This document shows, in pieces, positions 8,921 through 16,800 of a DNA stretch of 64,000 nt. The notes below the pieces were generated by a model. That model saw only the letters and a program-made list of their open reading frames with translations, had not been told where the DNA came from and ran no database searches. Source of the DNA: a virus. The position numbers and the translations under genes are program-made. How positions within the stretch are numbered: position 1 is the stretch's first letter; each line of letters starts with the position of its first letter. The DNA lies in the IMG/VR virus record IMGVR_UViG_3300028384_001275, positions 40,524-104,523 of that record. The stretch is one strand, 5' to 3'.

Positions 8921-9051
8921 GAATTTGTCTTGCTGCTATTGTTATCATCATTACTGCTAACATTGGTCTATTAGCTATCAACAAGGTCCAAGATCTTCAG
9001 GATCAAAGAATGCAGAAACTTTGCAAAGTTGATGCAACTTATTGCATGTGA
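8917..9051 (+). CDS. Small membrane protein, 44 aa (not in ORF track)
   Basis: ATGA overlap; MRICLAAIVIIITANIGLLAI hydrophobic segment and C-terminal CKVDATYC. Confidence 0.7.
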   Translation: MRICLAAIVIIITANIGLLAINKVQDLQDQRMQKLCKVDATYCM

Positions 9052-9127
9052 CACCTCACATGCTGTCCACTCGGGACGCTACGGCGTCCCTTTTCCTGTA
9101 TATTAAAAGAGTCAAAGAAACGCACCA
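9047..9127 (+). promoter_or_regulatory. Repeated early-promoter element, copy C, with embedded stem-loop
   Basis: GTGACA-N9-CTGTCCAC, hairpin GGGACGC-TACG-GCGTCCC-TTTT (9073-9094), then TGTATATTAAAAGAGTCAAAG (9097-9117). Confidence 0.75.
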
Positions 9128-10366
9128 ATGATCACCCTTCGTCCCCATCAGTCCCGTGCTCTCGCAGCAATGAGCGCCGCTGATCACGGTCAGGTTATTG
9201 TGCCAACTGGTGGCGGCAAGACTATCATCATGATTGAGCACGCTAAGCAACAACTAGAGCAAAAACCTTCCACCATTGTTGTTGTCGCTCCGCGCATTCT
9301 CCTCGCTAATCAACTCAGCACGGAGTTTATGCAAACAATCAGCGCAACATGGACGCATGTTTGCCATGCTCACAGTGGCGAAACGCATTACTTTAGCTCT
9401 ACCAAGAGTGACAAAATTGCACTCTTCAATGATACTGCACGGGCAGCAGGTGAGTCCTGCATCATCTTCACTACCTACCACAGTTTGCGTCGTGTTGTTG
9501 ATAGTGGCATCGACGTTGATGCTATCTATTTTGATGAAGCACACAATGCTTGCACTAAACACTTCTTTGTAAGTGTTGCTGCTATGAGTATGATTGCAGA
9601 CAAAAAGTATTTCTTCACTGCAACACCTCGCGTCAGCAATAAGCATGACCGTGGTATGAATAACCGTGAGATCTTCGGTCCCGTTATTGAGAATGTCCCT
9701 GCCCCTGAGTTAATTCAAGGCGGTCACATTCTTCCCCCTACGATTGTCCCTTTCGAGACAGATCACACCGTTGATAAGAAGAATCCACACCTTGTGCATA
9801 GCAACACTGTGCAGGATATTATTGACAATCTCGATGAGACTGACGCTGCAAAAGTGTTGGTAGCTGTGCCATCTTCCCGTGTGCTGGGTAACATTCTGGG
9901 TCACACAGATCTCTTGTCTGAGTTGTCTGATCGTGGATATGATGTCCTCCACGTTACATCTAAGTTTGGCGCATATGTCAACAAACAGAAAGTTTCCCGT
10001 GAAACATTCTTCGACACGTTGACAGCATGGGGCAAAGATTCTGATCGTAAATTTGTACTCTTCCACTACAGCATTCTGTCGGAAGGTATCAACGTCCCTG
10101 GTCTCACTCATTGCATCATGCTCCGTAATCTTAACGTGGTTGAGATGGCACAAACGATCGGACGTGTTATCCGTCTCGATCCTACTGACGCTGCTAAATT
10201 GCAGTCGGGTGAGTTACAGCCTCAGCAGTGGGGTTTCTATAACAAACCCACAGGATTTGTGACTGTCCCAGTTCATCGTAACTACGGCAAAGCAGTTATT
10301 AAGCGTTTGCAGCGTATCACGGATGAAATTTTTGTAAAGGGAGTGCCTGCCACTGCATTAGTCTAA
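9128..10366 (+). CDS. Superfamily 2 DEAD/DEAH-box helicase (ResIII-like)
   Basis: LRPHQ, PTGGGKT, DEAH, TAT, LSEGINVP and QTIGRVIR motifs. Confidence 0.92.
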   Translation: MITLRPHQSRALAAMSAADHGQVIVPTGGGKTIIMIEHAKQQLEQKPSTIVVVAPRILLANQLSTEFMQTISATWTHVCHAHSGETHYFSSTKSDKIALFNDTARAAGESCIIFTTYHSLRRVVDSGIDVDAIYFDEAHNACTKHFFVSVAAMSMIADKKYFFTATPRVSNKHDRGMNNREIFGPVIENVPAPELIQGGHILPPTIVPFETDHTVDKKNPHLVHSNTVQDIIDNLDETDAAKVLVAVPSSRVLGNILGHTDLLSELSDRGYDVLHVTSKFGAYVNKQKVSRETFFDTLTAWGKDSDRKFVLFHYSILSEGINVPGLTHCIMLRNLNVVEMAQTIGRVIRLDPTDAAKLQSGELQPQQWGFYNKPTGFVTVPVHRNYGKAVIKRLQRITDEIFVKGVPATALV

Positions 10367-10474
10367 CCAGTCGTTGAAGTGGCACAGAGGCGCTTGTAGG
10401 TGCCTCTCCGTGCCCTATATTAGATACATCGGAGGGGCACAGAAGACCGCCTCTCTTCACTCTCTTTTCTCATC
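10366..10474 (+). promoter_or_regulatory. Early-promoter element with long stem-loop
   Basis: AACCAG...GTGGCAC, stem GGCAC-AGAGGCGC/GTGCCTCT-CC-GTGCC, -10 TATATT (10416-10421). Confidence 0.6.
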
Positions 10475-10825
10475 ATGCGTAAGATCGAATCTCAAATGTG
10501 TGCCGCAGTCCAGAAAAACATTGACTGGCAATCTGGTAACACTTCTGTTCACTTTGATCCTGAAACTGGCGTCTCTGTTGTGCGTCTTCATGGCAACAAG
10601 ATCGCTGAGGTTTCTGATAACGACATGACAATTTTTGATGGTGGTTGGCAGACTACTACCACTAAATCACGTCTGAATGCACTTTGCCAAGAATTTTGCA
10701 TTGCTGGTGAAGGTGTTTTCCAGAAAAACTATCAGTGGTTTGTGCGTAAGTTTGTTGCAGAATCTCCCATCACTGGTAAAGTTTATAACGTAGAAGATTT
10801 TGAGAATGGTTTCATCTTTGCCTGA
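10475..10825 (+). CDS. Hypothetical phage protein
   Basis: ORF MRKIESQM...LHGNKIA...GGWQTTTTKSRLNAL behind the promoter. Confidence 0.8.
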   Translation: MRKIESQMCAAVQKNIDWQSGNTSVHFDPETGVSVVRLHGNKIAEVSDNDMTIFDGGWQTTTTKSRLNALCQEFCIAGEGVFQKNYQWFVRKFVAESPITGKVYNVEDFENGFIFA

Positions 10826-10881
10826 TTATGTTTGCAACACTTTCTAAGAAAAGATCCAAATCTAATCTCATCACAATTCAC

Positions 10882-11016
10882 ATGAAATTCCTTCTTCTCG
10901 TTATCATCGGTGTCCTGATCTACAATAGCAACGACACTCGATTTTTTATCTCAGATCAATTAAACAATGCTGCTGAGATTGTCCGCCCCGATCCTAACAT
11001 TCAAATTCGTTTCTGA
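10882..11016 (+). CDS. Small membrane-anchored protein (start 10828 or 10882)
   Basis: MKFLLLVIIGVLIY hydrophobic N-terminus. Confidence 0.6.
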   Translation: MKFLLLVIIGVLIYNSNDTRFFISDQLNNAAEIVRPDPNIQIRF

Positions 11017-11018
11017 TC

Positions 11019-11027
11019 TGCTATAAT
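11019..11027 (+). promoter_or_regulatory. Extended -10 promoter
   Basis: TGcTATAAT in the intergenic gap before 11052. Confidence 0.55.
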
Positions 11028-11051
11028 TACTAACAAAGCTAATTAACAACA

Positions 11052-11684
11052 ATGTCTGACAATCTTTCACCTAATCTATCTGATTCAATCACACAGGAAA
11101 CTTATGCTCTCTTCCCAACTCCTGTCACTAGATATCATCTCCGTAACCACGATGATATAAAGAAACAAATCCTAGATTGGATGAAAGAGCAACAAATCCT
11201 CCCACAAAATCCTAGACAAGCAATCTGCCATAACGTCGCACAAATTGGTCCTAATAATGCACCAACTAACGACATTCCTGACTTAACTAAATCCCTCCTC
11301 CAAGCAGTTGACTTTCATAATGCTAACGCATCTGCTTACCAATCTAACTTCCAAATCTCAGATTCTTACCTAGAGTTAGCTAATGAAGGTGCAATCTATG
11401 CTCCTCACGAACATTCAAACTGCATCTATTCCCTCACCTATTTCATTAACTTTCAAGACTCAACTCAACACTCTTTCCTTAAATTTAGAAAAAATGTTGC
11501 ATCTAATCATTACCCAATCCTTCAATTAGATTCTGATACCCCAACAGCATATAATCTCACAGAAGCAACATTTAACATGGAAGAAGGTGATGTTATCATC
11601 TATCCATCAAATCTTACTCATGGTTTTGACTCTAACCCACAACAAGATAGAATTACCCTAACCGCTAACATCATCACTGCCTAA
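11052..11684 (+). CDS. Putative 2OG-Fe(II) oxygenase, TIGR02466-like
   Basis: LFPTPV, PHEHSNC, EGDVIIYPSNLTHG and RITLTAN motifs. Confidence 0.87.
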   Translation: MSDNLSPNLSDSITQETYALFPTPVTRYHLRNHDDIKKQILDWMKEQQILPQNPRQAICHNVAQIGPNNAPTNDIPDLTKSLLQAVDFHNANASAYQSNFQISDSYLELANEGAIYAPHEHSNCIYSLTYFINFQDSTQHSFLKFRKNVASNHYPILQLDSDTPTAYNLTEATFNMEEGDVIIYPSNLTHGFDSNPQQDRITLTANIITA

Positions 11685-11694
11685 ACTAACAACA

Positions 11695-11877
11695 ATGCCC
11701 CAAAGACTTCAACTCCTACTTGACCTCTATGATCAACAAACTCTCCCCCCTGATCAACAAATAGAAATGGCACAGTTTCTAATAGATACGGGACTAAATG
11801 AAACCCTCTTACAATATCAACAACTATGCGACTATTTCATCATTGAAGGACTATGTTATGATGTCCAATATACATGA
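11695..11877 (+). CDS. Hypothetical protein
   Basis: ORF with the same TAACAACAATG leader as 11052. Confidence 0.65.
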   Translation: MPQRLQLLLDLYDQQTLPPDQQIEMAQFLIDTGLNETLLQYQQLCDYFIIEGLCYDVQYT

Positions 11878-11887
11878 CTAAACTAAC

Positions 11888-11923
11888 AGTTTTCCACAAC
11901 TATCCGCGTTTCTGTGGAAAACT
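11888..11923. repeat. Inverted pair of cyanobacterial-type DnaA boxes
   Basis: AGTTTTCCACA, 14 nt, TGTGGAAAACT; TTTTCCACA at 11890-11898 (+) and 11913-11921 (-). Confidence 0.7.
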
Positions 11924-11995
11924 AAAAAGCATTAAATAAATATAGGTTGGTGTTTTATATGCCCTCCTAAATAGGTCCACAAATAGTTACCTCGG

Positions 11996-12025
11996 ACTGT
12001 AACACATCGACTCTGAGTTTGTCAA
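11996..12025 (-). promoter_or_regulatory. Antisense sigma70-like promoter pointing at the DnaA-box pair
   Basis: Minus strand TTGACA (12025-12020), 18 nt, TACAGT (12001-11996) with TGn extension. Confidence 0.45.
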
Positions 12026-12061
12026 CTATTCTCGGAGACTAACACAAACTGCCCACAGTGC

Positions 12062-12090
12062 TTGACAATGCCCACCAAATCTGCAACAAT
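12062..12090 (+). promoter_or_regulatory. Sigma70-like promoter
   Basis: TTGACA, 17 nt, (TGc)AACAAT, preceded by a CTGCCCAC half-element. Confidence 0.45.
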
Positions 12091-12133
12091 ACATACATCA
12101 ACTCAAGGAGGAGTTTCTAACATCAACTGACTT

Positions 12134-12322
12134 ATGGGAAGGACTTACAAACGCAACGACCTGCACAATAGCAGACGACCCAAATCTATCAGAGAAAAAC
12201 GACAGTTTAGCTCTGGTAAAAAGAGATCTCTTGATGATGACTTTTCCACAGACTTTTCCACAGGAAAGTATCAACAAAAGAATCAACGTATTGATGACAC
12301 TAACTGGCAGGACAATCAATGA
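12134..12322 (+). CDS. Small protein with a basic N-terminus
   Basis: MGRTYKRNDLHNSRRPKSIREKR; AGGAGG upstream. Confidence 0.7.
   Translation: MGRTYKRNDLHNSRRPKSIREKRQFSSGKKRSLDDDFSTDFSTGKYQQKNQRIDDTNWQDNQ
12239..12262 (+). repeat. Tandem 12-mer GACTTTTCCACA x2 (two DnaA boxes inside the ORF)
   Basis: TTTTCCACA at 12242-12250 and 12254-12262; encodes DFST-DFST. Confidence 0.7.
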
Positions 12323-12438
12323 ATGACATCCTTAACGAAGATTGGATCGATTCTCTACTACAAGAGGACGAATCCTTAGACATTGATGACTCTATCCCTA
12401 CAGAGTTTGATGAAGACCTCCGAGGTGATTGGACATGA
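12319..12438 (+). CDS. Very acidic 39-aa peptide (not in ORF track)
   Basis: ATGA overlaps at both ends; MNDILNEDWIDSLLQEDESLDIDDSIPTEFDEDLRGDWT. Confidence 0.7.
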   Translation: MNDILNEDWIDSLLQEDESLDIDDSIPTEFDEDLRGDWT

Positions 12439-12599
12439 AAACTATTCAACTCCCCACACATCCCCCAGTAAATATCAAGATCTGGGACAAACATAACAAA
12501 CACTTTTGGCAATACGATTACGACGGTTGTCCTAAGTATGGTCCCTTCAAATCCTCTCAGCAGGCTATCGCTGACGCAGAGGTATATTCAAGGGGTTGA
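12435..12599 (+). CDS. Small hypothetical protein, 54 aa (not in ORF track)
   Basis: ATGA overlap; ...FWQYDYDGCPKYGPFKSSQQAIADA... Confidence 0.7.
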   Translation: MKTIQLPTHPPVNIKIWDKHNKHFWQYDYDGCPKYGPFKSSQQAIADAEVYSRG

Positions 12600-12890
12600 C
12601 AACACTCTGGGGACAGTTATTCTGTCCCTGTTTGTATCATCCGCGAAGCGGGTATATTAAAAACGCCTACTTCCCTAACCTACAAAAGTATCTCAGCGAC
12701 CTCGATATATTAATCAAATGAAATTGCGGGTCCCCCCTACACAAAAAAATTTTCCAGGGTATAATTCCTCCTGGGAGGTCTCTACAAAGACGACCTTTCG
12801 GGAGGAATTCTTATATATTATAGAATGCGCCGTAGAGACCTCTAGGATCGCCTGTAGCGCCCTTCTAAGTAAGTTTACGAGGTAATCATC
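12596..12890. other. Structured non-coding region at the GC-skew inversion; candidate origin core
   Basis: TTGACA, 16 nt, TATTCT; hairpins at 12610-12628 and 12641-12651; inverted repeats 12763-12809 and 12775-12842; skew switch. Confidence 0.55.
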
Positions 12891-13394
12891 ATGACTAAGA
12901 GAGATCAAGAGTTTATGTCTTTACAGGAGGAGTATGCAGATCTGTTAGGGCATGTATGGAAGGGGAATAAGATGTATGGATGTTATGAGATTATTCGGAA
13001 GTATTACAAGTGGAAGTATGATTATGAGATGATTGACTTCAATGGTAGGAGGAAGTTAACGTTATTTACTGAGGATGCGATTAAGGAGCAAGGAGGTAAG
13101 TGGGTATATCGCTCAGAGTGGGGAGATAGTGAGATTGATTTATCAGAGCTACAGCAAGATGATGTCCTAGTGTTTAGATTGTATACCACTGCACTGGACG
13201 GATCATATAGCGTAAGCAGTAGGCATAATCTTCCAAATCATGGTGGTGTGTATCTAGGCAATGGATTTATGTTGCATCATCCATATAAGCATCATTCAAT
13301 GATTGTTGATTTACAAAATGAAACTAACTCAGTTTATCTAATGTCATGTGTAGGAGCGTTAAGGTCTGGTGAAAACCTGGACAATGCTACATAA
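12891..13394 (+). CDS. NlpC/P60 (C40) peptidase-like protein
   Basis: GCYEIIRKYY catalytic Cys and NHGGVYLGNGFMLHH His motifs, as in lambda gpK-like tail proteins. Confidence 0.8.
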   Translation: MTKRDQEFMSLQEEYADLLGHVWKGNKMYGCYEIIRKYYKWKYDYEMIDFNGRRKLTLFTEDAIKEQGGKWVYRSEWGDSEIDLSELQQDDVLVFRLYTTALDGSYSVSSRHNLPNHGGVYLGNGFMLHHPYKHHSMIVDLQNETNSVYLMSCVGALRSGENLDNAT

Positions 13395-13416
13395 AAGTAA
13401 TAAGGCGTATAGGGTT

Positions 13417-13584
13417 ATGAGTAAAAGGTATGTACTAGAAGTGCAAGAGGATGAGTATGGTGATGTATTTGTGACACTACCTGATGAGTTACTTGAGGAA
13501 GCTGGTTGGGATGTTGGTGATGTGTTAGAGTATGAGGAAGATATTGATGGTAGTGTAATACTACATAAAATTATTGAAGAGTAA
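13417..13584 (+). CDS. AbrB/MazE/SpoVT-like swapped-hairpin protein
   Basis: VTLPDELLEEAGWDVGDVLEY...DGSVILHK. Confidence 0.7.
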   Translation: MSKRYVLEVQEDEYGDVFVTLPDELLEEAGWDVGDVLEYEEDIDGSVILHKIIEE

Positions 13585-13614
13585 AAAAATCGCGAAAAAC
13601 CGCGTTTTAAGATT

Positions 13615-13869
13615 ATGAGTGAAAAAAATCCGATCCTGCAATTTGAAAGCGACGAAGAATATTTGAAGTGGGCGCTAGAGACGTTATCTAAGGCGGTGGA
13701 AAATTTATCTCGACGGCAAGCAATTATTGAGCAAGCGATTCAGAAGATGCCACCACCTGGTCCTGATATGATTCAATATAAGATTCCAGGTGATGATGAC
13801 TATAGTAATATCAAAGTCATTTTAGATAATGTGTTTAAGCGTCTAAATAAATTGGAAACAGAATCTTAA
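13615..13869 (+). CDS. Hypothetical coiled-coil protein
   Basis: ORF. Confidence 0.7.
   Translation: MSEKNPILQFESDEEYLKWALETLSKAVENLSRRQAIIEQAIQKMPPPGPDMIQYKIPGDDDYSNIKVILDNVFKRLNKLETES
13844..13849 (+). promoter_or_regulatory. T4-like late promoter
   Basis: TAAATA about 27 nt before ATG 13876. Confidence 0.55.
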
Positions 13870-13875
13870 TACATA

Positions 13876-16800
13876 ATGGTTGCTTTTTTGCAGGAGACAG
13901 GTAGAAGTTTTCCGAATCCGATCAGCTCGGAGCAATACACTCGTCCATTTAAGCGACCATCATCAAGTAAGTATGAGTCTCATGATAAGTATCCCAATAT
14001 TGGGACAGGGACTGATTACTATATTCAATTTGAGAAAGGTGGTCCTGGGTCTAAACCCCTAGGATCTGATACTGTACATTATTTGGGTGATACTCCTAAG
14101 ATTGATGTGCGGTTTGATTCTAGTGGTAATATTGTAGTTGCGGGTGGCACATGTGATTTAGGACTCACACTACAATGGGATGATAATACAGGGACTGCTG
14201 GCACAACAGGTGCAGACGTATCAGCATCAATTAATGGATCAACAATTAGTGTATCACATGGTAGTGGTGAAAAAGGAAGTGATAGATCTAATTTAGTTTC
14301 TAACGTCGGACCTGGCACATACTCAACCAGTATTAGTAGTAATTACGGTAGGAGTATACGGGACGATCAGATTTGTTTTTATGATGATGATGGTAATGAT
14401 TGTAATGCCACATTATCAATACGGGTGCAGAATCAAGAGCCAACACCAAATGCTCTTAGTTATGCAACCCATCCTAATTTTGAGCGGCAAGCAATTTATC
14501 GTTTCTTCCGTGGTGCAAAGAATGATCACAAGTATAGTGATCTTGCTGGCATGTCTCGCGAAGACTTTGGTTGTGAGAATGAAGATTGGAGTGGAGTTGC
14601 GCGAGGGTATAACAAAGAGCCGCGTGATGGCAGACCTTCATTCTACCTGATGAATAAAGAGGTAACAGGCAGTAGTCCAATCAAACTATATTATTCATAT
14701 TGGCCAGATAACACAGTATTACACTTTGGTAGCGGAAACCCATCGGGCATTACAGTTGGATGTGGTAGAAACAAATACAAATATGTAAAGACCATTGGAT
14801 ATGGTTTTGCAACAGAATCTGCTGCGGGTGATTTCAAGGGATCTGCAGAGAATGCAGTGCCTTTATATCATTATCGCAAAGGTGTATATCAAAATGGACA
14901 GCAGGGAAAAGATATCGATGATTTATATACGATCGATCCCGCAAGTGAAGTTAACCTGAGTGGCGGTCCTATTGCTCCTAAGGATGCCCTGAGCGGAGAA
15001 TATGTGTATCAGGGTATCTTGTGTTATATTTTTGCGTCAGATGTTGTAGATGCACCTACGATCGAATATGTTGAGGGCACTGCAATCGGACCCACAGGTC
15101 AATGTGTAGATAAAACTGACTGGTATGACTATGGAATTGAAGGTAGCGGATATGGCGATGATGAATATCGCAGATTTGATCCAGCCTCATATGCAAACTA
15201 TGTGGCTGAGAGTGAGAATAGTAAAGGATATGCACCAACCACTCCTGGCACTGCGCTCTGGAATAGTGATAATGTAACTATTCAAAATGAAGATGCACAC
15301 TTCGAGTGGTTTTACGGATTGAATGGCGCAGTCAAAGCAGCACTTCCTCGTTATCTTGGATTTGAGGATGCATACGATTCTCAGTTTATGTTTTATCTGT
15401 ATGACACATCATACCCATGGAATGGTCCGATCTATGGAATCCAATATACATTGAATGATGTGCCATGTTGTCCCAATACAACTATTCCTGGACAAGGAGA
15501 AGATGATGATGAGCCTGGATGTGTTCCTCATGAATCATACCATTCACATTTTTATGAAATCAAACGAGACGCTTGGGAAACAACCAAGACACGTCTAAAG
15601 ATCAATGATGGTAAAGAAGATGTCAATGCAAACTTTACTGAAATTGATACACTAAGTCCAAGAATTTTATTTCGTTATACAAGTAGAGATGGTGATTGGA
15701 ATCGTGGTGATACTATTAATGGATGGTTTGTTAACGCAGTTTTCTATTATGGAGATGAGTTGAAAGTTGGTGTTATGCACCTTAGTGGCAATGGTAATGA
15801 TTTCACTTATAACTCGGCATATACATCTACAGACGGTGGTGCTATTCGCGTATTGGCAGGATATGGTATTCCTAACAAAGCTGCATTTGCTGGCGTCTAT
15901 GAATTTCCAAAGAAGATTTCATATTGGAAGGTTGAGATTTCACCCAATGCATTGATTCCGAATCGCACACTTGATGAAGCGGTACTAAAAGCATATGTTA
16001 ATAAGAAGGGTGAAGTCAGTGAAATTGAAATTATCAATTCTGGTAGAGGATATGAAAACCCTCTGATTAAAGTTATCAACCCAGGTCTACTGGAAGATTT
16101 TAATGCTAACGATACTGCAAAAATTATCAAAGCAAAAGTTGGCATGAATGCCGACTTTGAAAAAGCTATTGAAAATCCAAATGTCACTTTTTCATCAAGA
16201 GATATTGGAAAAGATAGTCATGAGGTATTTGGTATCAAGACAGGACAGTTTAGACCAAAGAATAAAAACAAAAGTCCTTATGTTTCTAAGGAAGCAGTCA
16301 TTGAAGTAACTAAACTTACAGATGAGGGTGGTATTGATAGTGTCCGCATTATTGATGGTGGATCAGGATATAGTAGTGATGAAATTCCTGATGTGTTGGT
16401 AGCAGATCCTGAGTATATCAAATATGATTCACCTCCCCAACCAGGCAAACAAAAAAATAGATTTAATAAGTCTCTAGAATCTATGGGTGCTCATATGGCA
16501 GCATCATGGTCTGAAGTGCAAAACTTGAATTCACTTGCAACATCAAACAAATCGGGTAAGACTAACAAAAAAGAAAGTGGTCTATTAGATACCAGCACTG
16601 AATATACTCAGTCTTCTGTAAACTTTATCAGAGATGGTATTAGTGTAGAGATACCAGATTCTTACATTAGAGTGCCTCAAGAAGAGATTAGTGAAGACGA
16701 ATTGCACATGTGCTTTGACTTGCCTGCAACATGTATTAAAGTTGATGCAAGAACAAACCTTAGTAAGGCATTACCCAAACAGGATCAATTTTCAGAAGTT

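Noticed and set aside
6434-9117. CRISPR-like array from the 21-bp repeats
   Set aside because: Spacing is 0.8-1.8 kb and contains whole genes; the repeats carry a -10 box; no cas genes
11878-12890. tRNA or a known cyanophage ncRNA in the intergenic gaps
   Set aside because: No cloverleaf or T-loop signature recognised by eye; a covariance search is still needed
13585-13610. Terminator after the AbrB-like gene
   Set aside because: Only a 4-bp CGCG stem; too weak to call
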